A DNA stretch of 64,000 bases from Octopus bimaculoides (taxonomy: Eukaryota): contig NC_068982.1 of NCBI RefSeq assembly GCF_001194135.2, positions 119,128,637 to 119,192,636 of the forward strand, given 5' to 3'. The position numbers and the translations under genes are program-made. Below, piece by piece: positions 25,183 through 38,369 of this stretch (its first letter is position 1; every line of letters begins with the position of its first letter). A model generated the notes under the pieces. That model worked only from the letters and a program-made list of their open reading frames with translations. It did not search any database and was not told the origin of the DNA.

Positions 25183-26302
25183 CNNNNNNNNNNNNNNNNN
25201 NNNNNNNNNNNNNNNNNNNNNNNNNNNNNNNNNNNNNNNNNNNNNNNNNNNNNNNNNNNNNNNNNNNNNNNNNNNNNNNNNNNNNNNNNNNNNNNNNNNN
25301 NNNNNNNNNNNNNNNNNNNNNNNNNNNNNNNNNNNNNNNNNNNNNNNNNNNNNNNNNNNNNNNNNNNNNNNNNNNNNNNNNNNNNNNNNNNNNNNNNNNN
25401 NNNNNNNNNNNNNNNNNNNNNNNNNNNNNNNNNNNNNNNNNNNNNNNNNNNNNNNNNNNNNNNNNNNNNNNNNNNNNNNNNNNNNNNNNNNNNNNNNNNN
25501 NNNNNNNNNNNNNNNNNNNNNNNNNNNNNNNNNNNNNNNNNNNNNNNNNNNNNNNNNNNNNNNNNNNNNNNNNNNNNNNNNNNNNNNNNNNNNNNNNNNN
25601 NNNNNNNNNNNNNNNNNNNNNNNNNNNNNNNNNNNNNNNNNNNNNNNNNNNNNNNNNNNNNNNNNNNNNNNNNNNNNNNNNNNNNNNNNNNNNNNNNNNN
25701 NNNNNNNNNNNNNNNNNNNNNNNNNNNNNNNNNNNNNNNNNNNNNNNNNNNNNNNNNNNNNNNNNNNNNNNNNNNNNNNNNNNNNNNNNNNNNNNNNNNN
25801 NNNNNNNNNNNNNNNNNNNNNNNNNNNNNNNNNNNNNNNNNNNNNNNNNNNNNNNNNNNNNNNNNNNNNNNNNNNNNNNNNNNNNNNNNNNNNNNNNNNN
25901 NNNNNNNNNNNNNNNNNNNNNNNNNNNNNNNNNNNNNNNNNNNNNNNNNNNNNNNNNNNNNNNNNNNNNNNNNNNNNNNNNNNNNNNNNNNNNNNNNNNN
26001 NNNNNNNNNNNNNNNNNNNNNNNNNNNNNNNNNNNNNNNNNNNNNNNNNNNNNNNNNNNNNNNNNNNNNNNNNNNNNNNNNNNNNNNNNNNNNNNNNNNN
26101 NNNNNNNNNNNNNNNNNNNNNNNNNNNNNNNNNNNNNNNNNNNNNNNNNNNNNNNNNNNNNNNNNNNNNNNNNNNNTATATATATATATATATATATATG
26201 TAGCAGAGTAAGCACATAAATTCGAAACAAGGTGGACAAAATAGTACTCGAATACCAGAGGTAGAGTAATATGCATTATTAAAAAGCAGCAAAAATATCA
26301 CA

Positions 26303-26349
26303 AGAAACTGTTACTCAGAATTTCACGTTCCCGTTCGTCGGACAGTTCT
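26303..26349 (-). ncRNA. Minimal hammerhead ribozyme variant
   Basis: Minus strand: AGAACTGT-CCGACGA-ACG GGAA CGT-GAAAT TCTGA GTA-ACAGTTTCT. Stem I 8-9 bp, stem II 3 bp; core has U4 to C and a U-G pair in stem III. Confidence 0.55.
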
Positions 26350-27899
26350 GTATAGAAAGGAACAAATATACGGTTATAAGAAAACATACGCAATTAGTTT
26401 AATGGATACACATTCGAAAATGGTTTTCTTTCACTGGTCCGTTCAACTAACGGTCTTTACAGTAACCGGTTACATGCAATGAACAAATTTCGGTATAAAA
26501 TCATCTTATAAAATCGAAGGAAACCTTAGCCTAAATACCCAGTGTAAATCATTATTTGTAAAATATTAATCAATACATTAAAAGTTATATCCGTTGATAT
26601 ATGAACTTTTTTTTTGCGAACAAGGAAATAAACAAATGGAAGACAAGACAAGGAACATAAAGAACGACCCGTCATCAGTTGTCTGCTTTTGTTTTACTCC
26701 GAATTTCGAGCAATTCACGACAAGATACACCTTCAACAAAACAGTTGCTCCCGCAAAGCACATTAAATAAAATTTGGGATTTTACAGAGGGTGAAAGTTG
26801 TGAAAGTTGTTGACAAAAACAGGACAGTTTAATGAAACATGAAGGGCTGCTAAGCCTAAAGTTGTGAAGTGGTGAACGCTGGAAGAACAAGCTCTGACAG
26901 GAGACAGAGGAGAAAGTGTTTGTGGCTGAACTGAAGGAATGAAAAAAACTCAAGTTCAGAAAAAAGAAAGATGGCTTATGGTCACGTGTGATCAACGAGA
27001 CACTAAACATACAAACGCATGTGCATAGCAACATACTTATACATAAATATATATACAAATGCACATATATATATATAAATAAATGTACGCACACATATGC
27101 ACGCGCAGAAAATCTCCTGACGTATGCTTATACAGGTTAATTGTTAGAGGCGAAAGAAAAGGAAGGGAAAAATCAGAAAATATTAAGCATGGTTGGGACG
27201 TAGAAAACAGTGGAGGAGAAGAAATAAAAGAATGAGAAAGAGAAGACTAACGAGACAAAGCGGGGAAATAGACAGGGGCAGAGAATGACATTATGACGCT
27301 CGAAAGTAACCGACGGTAATTAGATACTTCATATAGCTTGCGCAACGAACACATAAAAACGCACATAGAAAATTACATGTATATCTACATAAGTGCAAAT
27401 ATACATACAAATATACACACAAATAGATACGCATACAAATATACAAAAATATGTACATGCTCACATATATAAAAGTATACACACATATGCATATACATCT
27501 GTATATGTATGCATATACATATATATATATACACACATACACGCACGCATAGTATAAGCACACACACTCATACATGCATATACATACACATACATACCTA
27601 CAATACATGCATATACATAAACATATAGGGACACATATACGTCATAACGTATATGTGCGAACTACATTAAAAAACTGTCCGGTGTCTATAATATTAAAAT
27701 GTAAAAATAAGGAAATTGTACATTAATTTGATATAACATAATTAAATACAAGAGTAAACAATAAAAATAAACCGCTGTGAAGCCTAAGCTTAAATTTGTG
27801 AAACAGTCTTAGGGTTTCTTTAAAATGAATTTGAAATATACACTAGCGTTTCCACGCAAAATAACTATAGCGTGTAATGTCAAATTCAAATGCGATAGC

Positions 27900-27942
<43 letters not shown>

Positions 27943-27947
27943 TTTCT

Positions 27948-28055
27948 CTGATGAGAAGGTTACAATTTTAATATCAAAGATCCCTATGGATCACACAGGT
28001 TGTAATCCTTCGAAACATATGTAGGAATAAAGTATGCAATTATAACATGCGTTTT
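27948..28055 (+). ncRNA. Hammerhead-like motif with extended stem II
   Basis: CTGATGA (27948-54), GAAGGTTACAA/TTGTAATCCTTC stem II (one bulge) enclosing a GATCC/GGATC hairpin, GAAAC (28012-16); stem I not found, (TA)n immediately upstream. Confidence 0.5.
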
Positions 28056-29190
28056 CTCCATTCCTTAAATTCTTATATATATATACATGTGTGTGTATGC
28101 AATATACAGACACAAAGGTATGCATATGTAGGCAGGTAGTTAGGTAGGGAGGGAAGGAGGGACGGACGGACGGACAGACGGACAGACGGAGATTGGCAGA
28201 TAGATAATAGGCAGTCATGTACGCATGTCTATAAGCATTCTATCTAGTCGACAATAAATTTCGTCAAAGATGCCTACTTTTTTCTTCATTTTCCTCCTTT
28301 AGCTCTGTATTCGATCACACATAATCATCTACCCATTGTTGTCATATTAATAGTATGTGCATTAAGTGACAAATCACCACGAATTATGTCCACTACTAAA
28401 ATACTGATTAGAACTGCGAGCTCACCTGAACCTGTTATCTTGGTCGCTATATTTTATGAATATTTCCCACTGTAACTTACGTGTTCCTTTTTCCATCACC
28501 GTTGTCACTTCCACTTAAGTGGTATCTTGTCTAAGAATATTATAATAAACACGGATTCTATACAGGATTAATATTTCCTTTACAAATGCGCAATTGGTTA
28601 CATAATCCGGCTTCCTTTCTCTGGAGAAATTCATGTTGCCTCTCCTCTATGATGTCAAATATTCCGAAATCACGTAGAATTTCATTTAAAATTCCATCGT
28701 AAAGAGTTGTTGAAAGTTTTTTGCTAATTGGAGGTATATGAAATTAATCTTTGAATAATTAAACAGCTATTTCACTGCCTAATTTTATTACTTTTGTAAC
28801 GATTCTCTGTAAACGAAAAACAAACTTGTGAGTCAGCATATCAGTTTACAATTAGAACGGGATCCGTTTTTGTCTCGTGTGTTAAGTCACACTCACAGTC
28901 CTTGTAATGATATTCATCGCTACTCTACATCTTTCCCTGAGTATAGAACATAAAAAACTTTTTTTTCAACACTGTCCCCAACCTGCCATAGGAACGGAAA
29001 TGTGTGATGCCATTTTACTAGATTTGGGGAAATATTTAAGATTGCATTGAGGTCCGATATTGACTGTCAGTGCGTTTAGACTCATTTAATATTTCCTTCT
29101 GGCAAATGGTGGTTGTTGTATTGGGTGTACTGCCACACCCAATGCTACCCAATTTCAAACAGGGGTATAACAAATTTTTTCCTAGCACAC

Positions 29191-29306
29191 CTGGAATACA
29201 CGCCCTTGCTTTTGTGTATTTATCGAATATTTTGTTTCTCCTCTTGGAAATCTATAGCTTTCACATATTTCATTGTTGTGGGACTTAGTCACATAACATT
29301 CTCGTC
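29191..29306 (-). other. Candidate 116-nt exon (phase 1 to 0)
   Basis: CCTTCAG acceptor, CAG|GTGTGC donor, open frame RECYVTKSHNNEICESYRFPRGETKYSINTQKQGRVFQ. Confidence 0.15.
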
Positions 29307-30663
29307 CTGAAGGCGCCCTACCTATTGCCAGACGGTGCAGATGAATCGTTTATAAATAGAAAGTGTATTTCTAGAATTACTTTTTGAAATTTATATCGGC
29401 ATATTTTCACTTTACGAACTCCTTCCAGCGAGTGTTTTATTTCTATTGAACTTCAACATACTTCAAGTCTAATTTTGATCATAAATACAAATGTAAAGTT
29501 GAAAAAGATGTTGAAAACTCGCGTCGAACAACACATTATCTTACATGCTATGTACAAGCCACAGCATATGTTTCCTTTTAGAAAGTGATATAATAGTTTT
29601 AAAGGTTAGGTTTCTCTTTTGAAATGTTCAACAAATTAGGATTTATCTTCAGTTTACATTTGTCTCATGAGTGAACATGCACTGCTTTTACACAAACCTT
29701 CCAGAAAAGTTATATAACACTTGAAATATGTTCGTGCTTTCTCTAGCAGTGAGTATATTGTGACTACAGTTCTTTCATCATGCTGTATCTATATGAAATT
29801 CCTGTAAATAAGTTTATTCGGTTCATATCATTTAACAGTATATTTATGTATATTCACATGTCCTTCAGGAAATACGATATGATGCAAGTAAATGTTCAGT
29901 GGTTACAGTATATTTCGATTTAAGCGTTTCGGGAGTAAGATACCCCGTTAGAATCCTCATTATTGTAGCAAATGACACACGACGCATAACATTTTTTTTT
30001 ACAATTTTACGGTATTCTTACAAACCTTACTTAATACGCCTGTCATATAGGCAGAAGTAGTAAATTGTTTTTCCCGTTGTAGATGTGAAATTTTGTTCAA
30101 GCTACATTAAATACTATTTTGCCTTTAATATTTATTGTCAGGAGTTAAGAGATAAACACGTTTCAGTAATACAGTGCAATGAATTTCATATACTGCATCA
30201 TATTATTTACTTAAGCTAACAAGGTGACTGCATTTAATCCTGAATCTGAATCTATTTGGTGCATTTTGAATGTGTATGTCTAAATATTAAACTTAAAAGA
30301 AATATACGCTCTAATGGCTTTTCTAAATATTGTTTTTGTTTAAAATTATGGTGCCTTATAATATATAGTCGTAAATTTCTTCGGTGATACATTTTTTCTC
30401 ATATCGTCGACAGAAACTCATCAATGGATTCACTTTTGTTTAGTTTTGTGAGTATTTGTATTCAGTGATATAAACATCGTCAGTTGGAGCACGACTATCA
30501 TCTTCAACAACATCAACATTAATATCAGTACATTGAGTAAAAAGGATCATAATGTACATTAAGCTTACATGAAGCACACATTGCTTGTTTCATTTTAAAT
30601 AATATATTCTGGTATTAAACAAATACAAAAAATAAAAAGGAGGGAAGTTCACAAATAGCAATA

Positions 30664-30830
30664 TTCCTTTCTACTACAGGCAGAAGGTATGAAATTTATG
30701 GTGTTTAATCTGTTACATCGACCCCAGTGCGCAACTAGTCGATCCCGAAAGGATGAAAAGCAAAGTCAAACTCGGCAGACGAAATGCCGCTAAGCATTTT
30801 GCCTGAGGTACTAATGTTCCTTTTCGCTCG
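30664..30830 (-). mobile_element. SINE family B, internally deleted
   Basis: CCTTTCTACTACAGGC...ACATCGACCCCAGT...CCCGAAAGGATGAAAAGCAAAGTC...GCCGCTAAGCATTT. Confidence 0.8.
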
Positions 30831-30850
30831 CAGGCGCAACTCAAATACTA

Positions 30851-31061
30851 ATATTGGTCTCAAATTTTAGCACAGGGCTAGTAATTTCAGTGGAGTTGCT
30901 AAAATGATTACATCGACCCTAGTATTCAAATTATGCTTATGTTATCGACGCCGACAGGGTGTGAAGCAAGTCGATCCCGGTAGCATTTGATGTCAGAAGG
31001 TTAAGTCGGAAGAAATGCATTTTGCTCAGCGCGGTAATTATTCTGTCAGCTTGCGACCTTA
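30851..31061 (-). mobile_element. SINE family B, degenerate
   Basis: AAATTTTAGCACAGGGCTAG...GATTACATCGACCCTAGT...GCATTTGATGTCAGAA. Confidence 0.7.
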
Positions 31062-31994
31062 ACGAAAATAGTAATTCATGTTTTTCGTGTAATTTAACTC
31101 GACTAATAATCTATAGAAGCTTAAAATTTAACGGGTTATAAGGATATAGTGGTGAACGTTTGCTGGACTATTTCATAAATACTACACTGCCTACTGAGGC
31201 TAGTTGAAATAAATACTTCAAAATATAGTTCTCATATTTATCCGTCAGATAAATTCGTAATTTCTTAAATTTAATAACTGCATTTTCTGAAATGATAAAT
31301 AGATTGAAGTTAGATAAATATCTTTATTCATATATCTTATATTAATACTTAAATCTAATCACGAATGTGTCAGTCCCGCATTTCTCCTTAAACAAAATAC
31401 AGTTATTCCATCTATTATCTCTACCTCTCCCTCTGTTTTTCAATCTTATTGTTTGTATATACATACACACATATGTACATATATACGTATAAATACACAT
31501 ATACACACCACACTCATAATTAGGCACACACATATATATCATTCACATGCTTAAGAAATATGTATTTTGTGTCGCTATCGTAACATCTATAGTAAAATCG
31601 TATATTTTCTATATCTTTGAATGAATAAGGGATAAATTAGTTTTGTCAGTCATTAGAAATACATTAGGAACTGCTTACCACTTTCTTCGATGCTGAGAAA
31701 AGGATGAAACATAAATTACATATTTAATACCACTATCAGGTTTTGTTTTACTTTGTACTTTATTTCAATTGTGTTAATTTTCTTTTTAACGAGTCTTAGA
31801 TATTTTCCTCTGGAGTTTACACAATATCTTCTCTTCAAATGAAGAAAAATTTCGCTTGTATGAATGCCAACATAGTCACTAACAATACATGTGTGCAACA
31901 GCTTAAATTGCCATATGTGAACAGGTATTTAATGTTTGTGAAATTTGTCGTCCGTTTTAAATCTGTCCTTGTATGCAGTTAAAGGACTATAGAA

Positions 31995-32213
31995 TAATCC
32001 TTTCTAATAAAGGCACAAGTCTTGAAATTATGTGTGGAGGAGACTAGTCGATTACATACACCCTAGTGTTTCGTTGGTATACTTAATACATCGAGCCCGA
32101 TAGGATGAAAGGTAAACTTGACCTCGGCGGAATTCGAACTGAGAACGTAGCGACGGGCGAAATACGATACGGGCGAAATACGACGGGCGAATAACGATTC
32201 TGCATGCTCGCCC
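31995..32213 (-). mobile_element. SINE family B with internal GACGGGCGAAATAC triplication
   Basis: CCTTTCTAATAAAGGCACAAG...GGATGAAAGGTAAACTTGACCTCGGCGGAATTCGAAC; short unit repeated three times at about 32152-32192. Confidence 0.85.
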
Positions 32214-35200
32214 CATTTAGGACTATGGAATAATGCAAGCATTCAAGCTAAGTTTCTGGTCTGAGGCTAACTTCTCCCATTAACCCATACAGGGCATTGC
32301 TCTTCCTCTGCAGATTTTGTTCATGAAAGATGTATTCATTGTTACCCAACAATAGTACTGACGTTGTGGAAACGTCCGAGTTATATTGATTACTTAATGA
32401 GACATTAACAGCAAATAAGGTCTTGTTTATTTGACGTGCCATACATATATAGCACCAATAATACTTAAAATACATTATTCTCATGAAATAAAGCACTAAA
32501 GCTAATGGAAACCGGGATATGATCACGGTTGGAATATCTTCGACCATAACTCTGCACAATGTGGACAGGTTAAATGCTGACAGCAACAGGAAGAGCAGTT
32601 ATAACTATTTAAACACATATTCTACTAATATGTTCCCAAATATATACTGGAAAACCTACAAAACCGTGTAGGAAAACAATGATATTAGTATCACAGTCAA
32701 ATCTGCAGGAAACAGCTTAAAGCTTTGATGATTATTGCCAGTTGAAAGTTTGAGAGGTTGGGGAGAGAAAGTGGGGGTAACGAGACAGCGAGAGAATGAG
32801 AAAGGTGGGTAATTAGAGAAGGAGAGAATTAGGGAGTGAGAGAGACCAACAACTATATTGGAAATATTCAGCAAAGAGCTAACGTAACATATCAGTATTC
32901 AGCTTTGAATAAATAATGAACAAAAAGGGACAGACTATTACCAAATATCTCATCGTATAACTATTGGAAACAATGTTGCATTATACGAGCCAATAAGAGG
33001 GCCTCTATGTGAATATTCGACCTGCTAGAAAGAATAAACTTTTTCCATCATTTCCTTCACTTTAAAGAAATACAAATGTGCAAATTGATGAAAGAAGTCC
33101 TAAATCTCTCTAACTCGAGGGATAGTCGTTGTTAGAGAAAACATTAATTATGTTCGCGTGATTAACAAATTAACAGCAGCGACAGCCTCCAAAGAAGAGG
33201 TGGCGTGCACTTAATTTATTACCAAAAAACATATCAAGCATTTACTTCAAAGGCCGTTCTTGCTGCTGAGAGTATCAAACACTTCTTTCTCCTTACAACT
33301 TAATATATTTAAAAAGTGATAGATATTGGGCTATACTTTTGTTTTTCGTTTCTATTTAATGGTTTAACTTCGAAAATGCTTTGTGATAATGAATCACATG
33401 AGTTGTTCAAAACCGACGTGGAACAGATACCATTTTACGATTGGAAAGAATAAAAATTATTGGCAAGGAGGGATTTCCAGAAGGTTGAAATCTAAAAATA
33501 GTACAACTAACGGAAGTAGTTGGTGACGGATATAATAGAAGTCAAAATGATAATAGGACAGGCGAGTTGAGAAGAGCCTGGAATATAGATGGCTCGAGAG
33601 GAGATAGCTTCGAGTAGGAAACACCACAGAATTACAAATACAAAGATTGCTTCATTTTGAAAATGGTGGTGATTTGGTACGTTACCCCAAGAAATAAAAC
33701 AGAGACAGCTGCATCTTAGGTTTTCTTAGTAAGGGTTGATATTGGACTATACAAAATTAAAAAGAACAACAACGTTAACTTTCTTACTTATTGTTAGTAG
33801 AAGCGCTAAAGATGTGAAAATGTGCATCACACTCGAATAATTACAGAAGGCTATATTTAATACTAAACATTCTTGAGGCACTCACTTATTATATACAAAC
33901 TCAAAAACATACATGTATGCATACATATATGCTCACATAATCACACACACATACATACACACACACACACACACACGAACATACACATAGACACACGAAC
34001 ATACACACACAACCATACAATCTAGGAAAACAGACAAAAGAAACACGTCAGACACAAATGGAAATTGTACACAGGGCTGTACCACAGCATAGCGACAATT
34101 GACAATATTTCGAATCTATTGAACAATAAATCTAACAATTATACACCCTTCAATTATACGCGCGCGCGCGCACAAATATATATATATACATATATATATA
34201 TATACGTACACACATATTTATGTATATATAAGTGAATCAATCTCTATACATACACACATATATATATATATATATATATANNNNNNNNNNNNNNNNNNNN
34301 NNNNNNNNNNNNNNNNNNNNNNNNNNNNNNNNNNNNNNNNNNNNNNNNNNNNNNNNNNNNNNNNNNNNNNNNNNNNNNNNNNNNNNNNNNNNNNNNNNNN
34401 NNNNNNNNNNNNNNNNNNNNNNNNNNNNNNNNNNNNNNNNNNNNNNNNNNNNNNNNNNNNNNNATATATATATATACATACACTATCTGTGCTTTAACAG
34501 ATGCGTATACATCTGTATGTGAAGATTGACCTGACTAGTAATTACAGCTTCATTGCTAGGGACTCAACAAGCCCGAGAACGGCGCTGCCCACAAATTATA
34601 CATTAAATCACAAAAGACTATCTCGGAATAATTGTGTAATTGCTCAACATTTCTAATAATACAATATATGTAATGCCAACTTCAAAATTTCTCTTTTGTT
34701 CCTATTTAGCATTCGAAACTTTTTGCATAAAATCTTTCTTCCTTTGTTTCTTTACGCCATATTAATTAGTAATGATTAAGTCTTAAACAAAGGCGCTTTT
34801 ATTTTATCAAGAAATTACGGAAATAGCATTTAAAATTGAGTTACGTTATTCATTATTTTTTAAAAGATATCGCAAATAAAACGCAATTTCAGTCAGTATA
34901 ATATCTAGTAGTATTTATTAAGTTATTTACTTGTTTAATTATTGTTGTAATTAATATATAATTATTCAGCTAGGATATATCTTTTCTAATTGAAATCATG
35001 CTTCCTCAATTAAATGCGTTTCATATCAACCCCACCGCCACAAACTGTCCGTTTAAAGCAGTGTATCTGTATTGTTGATCAGGGTACGCTGTAGAGTAAA
35101 ATTTCATTAACAAAACAGATATTTGTGAACAAAGCACAGCAATCTGTGTGATATGAGCCATTATCAAAGATCTGATAAATATGTTCTCACTAAACGCACT

Positions 35201-35387
35201 AGTTTGTTGTTTAATTAACCGTATTTCCTGTTATTAAATTTGTTGTTGTTGGTATTTTTGTTGTTATTATTTTCAGAACACCGTTTTTCTTATCTCCAAG
35301 ACTTTGTTCAAACTGCGTAATTCTATGAAGATTTTGTTTCCAATAATTAATCATTAAACCTATTGAATCATATCTTTGCAAAGTAAC

Positions 35388-35451
<64 letters not shown>

Positions 35452-35614
35452 TGTGTGTGTGTTGTTTATATATACGTTGACATGTGCAATTTTATACAAG
35501 TCGATAATTAAAATGAGAGGAATATATCGGAATTTTTGTGTCCAACGCGGCTAACATTAATTTTCAAGTTAAGTTTAACTACACTAAAAATTGAAACATC
35601 TATTATAAGTATAA

Positions 35615-35815
35615 ATAATTGTTTTGGTACAAGACTAGCACATTTGAGGGAATAGGGAGCTTGATTACATCGATCTCAGTACTCAACTCGTACTTAATTT
35701 GCCAACATCGGAAGGATGAATGGCAAAATCTACCTCTGCAGCATTTTAGTTCAGTACGTAAGGCCGGAAGAAATGCCACAAAGCATTTTGTCCGGTGCGT
35801 TAGCATTTCTACTCT
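35615..35815 (-). mobile_element. SINE family B, degenerate
   Basis: TTTTGGTACAAGACTAGCA...GATTACATCGATCTCAGTACTCAACT...GGAAGGATGAATGGCAAA. Confidence 0.75.
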
Positions 35816-35837
35816 CTCGATGCCATAGTTGCAATGA

Positions 35838-36059
35838 ATAATAATGCTTTCTAATATACGACCTAAGCACGAAATTTAGGGGAAAGGGGCTGATAGATTA
35901 CATCAACTCCAATCATCAATTGGTATTTATTTTATCGACCCGAAGAGGATGAAAGACAAATTGAGCCTCGGTGTATTTAGATTTCAGAACATAAAGACGA
36001 ACAAATCTCTGCTAAGGATTGTGTCCAGCGTGCTAACTATTCTGCAAGCTCGCCGCCTC
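35838..36059 (-). mobile_element. SINE family B
   Basis: GATTACATCAAC...TTTATCGACCCGAAGAGGATGAAAGACAAA...CAGCGTGCTAAC..TTCTGCAAGCTCGCCGCCT. Confidence 0.85.
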
Positions 36060-36838
36060 ATTGAAGTAATTAATAATGAGAGTCCATTTCACTATTCATT
36101 TTTGTACGGGGTTTCTATTCAAATTATTAGATCTATTTGTACAAGGACGGGAAACATTCTTCAAATCAAGTCAATGAAAAACCCATTAAGTGATTGAACC
36201 CACTAAATGGTTGAATGAGCTTTCCGAAATAGTAGCATGTCGCCACCAAATCACACACGAGATACGGGATATAACATTAAATATTCATCCACCTAACCGT
36301 CCCTAGTTGTAGTGACCGCATAAACAATATCAAGTAAACAGATAATATACTGGAGCGAGTGATTGTTCTAGATACGACTAAAACCACCAGAAACAATACG
36401 TTTACGAATTTTAGGTTCTATCTGATACCTGGATATATTTTTTTCACTCGTTTGTATCAAGAATTTGTTTTATAATGGTTTAACATCTAAGTGTTTGCTA
36501 TAATATAACTACCCTCTTAAAGGAATTTATTTATTAAGATTTAAAATGCTAATATCCACTTCCGTCCAGCATCTATCAACTTGGCCCATTTAACACACAT
36601 TAACAATACTGAACGCAATAATCTTGGCCCTCAGAAAATAAAAAAAAGGCAAAAGAATTGGCATTGGCGATAGAGCTCCAACATCGTATTCTCTCCGATG
36701 ACTTAACACGCTTCAACGAACTAAAGTGGCATAACTCATCAGTTGGGCAACATTACTAAAACATTCTAAGTAATTTTTGTATTAGACATACCATTTTAAA
36801 AAAAGCCTGCAGATTTCAGGTTGTCCATGACTAAATGC

Positions 36839-37094
36839 GTGGAGGCGCGTGGCTTAATGGTTAGGGTATCAGCATCATGATCGTAAGATTGTGGTTTCGA
36901 TTCCTGGACCGGGCGACGCGTTGTGTTCTTGAGCAAAGCCCTTCAAATTCACGTTGGTCCAGTCCACTCAGCTGGCAAAAATGAGAGACGCTGCGATGGG
37001 CTGGTGTCCCGTCCAGCTGCGGAAAACATATGCTATTGAAACCGGGAAACCGGGCCCATGAACCTGGCTAGGCTTTTAAAGGGCGCATATATTT
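36839..37094 (+). mobile_element. tRNA-derived SINE family C (V-domain-like) with 12-bp TSD
   Basis: A box TGGCTTAATGG, B box GGTTTCGATTCC; body CTGCGATGGGCTGGTGTCCCGTCCAG; perfect flanking ATGACTAAATGC at 36827-38 and 37095-106. Confidence 0.9.
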
Positions 37095-37480
37095 ATGACT
37101 AAATGCACAACTAAATCTCTCATTGGCTTAAACAATAATTTTTCATTGGCTAATACCGACATAAATACGCCTGAAATGACTCTGATCATAAATCTAGTGG
37201 ACTAGTTATTGCTTTCATATTTACCTAAGGTATTTTACAGTGACACAGCGCAGGGAAAATATAGGTACAAACAAGAATGATATTTACATCTGGGTTAACC
37301 GCCTATACACCAAAACAAATTAAAACAGCTGAGACTAGATCAACGTTTGAGAATAAAGGTCCACTGAGAATTATGCAGAGTTAATCGATTTTTGCTTATT
37401 TATACATGACAGCCTATACACACATATAAATATAAAAACATATGCGTTCAAATCCGCATTCATATTATCAGACACACAGG

Positions 37481-37523
<43 letters not shown>

Positions 37524-37835
37524 GTATACATTTATCAATTGTTATGTGAATAAAAAGAAAAACAGCTATACATTATATTGAAAGATCACTCAATACTTTT
37601 CAGTAAAACATATATTCTTCCTTTTCAACGAAGAGATTGATAGTGACTTAGAAGATTTGTCATAGTGGCTTTTGTGCAAATGTCTGACAAAAGCTACTAA
37701 GCCGAAAATTTATAGTCGCTGACAACGTTTTTCCTCGTAAAAGTAATGATACATATATAGGCACACACACACACATACACAAACACACACGTATACATAC
37801 ACACATACGCACATATATATGCATGTATATACACA

Positions 37836-37907
<72 letters not shown>

Positions 37908-38369
37908 CGTACACTAGCGGTAGAACCTGGCAATACCAAAGTAATGTATCAAAGTAACATACGCGGTGAATATAGTTTAATTTCAGGGTGATTTGGCTGC
38001 TATTTCTACCAGATTTAACCACTATATAGAAGTATCCCTAGTTTGCTCATGAGAATATTTATACATGCATGCATGCACATTTAGATCATAGCGCTTGATT
38101 AGCGCAGGATTTTGCTTCCATTTCCAGTTCTGTCTTGCTACTACGATGACGTTCTCCTCATTAAGCAGTAGACATACGCATATATACACACATAAATGTT
38201 GTACGTATTTTGAGGGTGGCTAGCTGCTATTTCTATTTGCTGGATCGCAATATTTCTGAATCTAGTTGGATAATATAATGTATTGGATATTGCCGATTTT
38301 CCTGTCTATTATTTCTTCTCTTTTATCTAATTACACTTCCTAACATTTATTCAGTTCTTTATATCCTTC

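Noticed and set aside
36839-36920. tRNA gene
   Set aside because: A and B boxes belong to a SINE head; no complete cloverleaf, and a TSD flanks the whole 256-bp unit.
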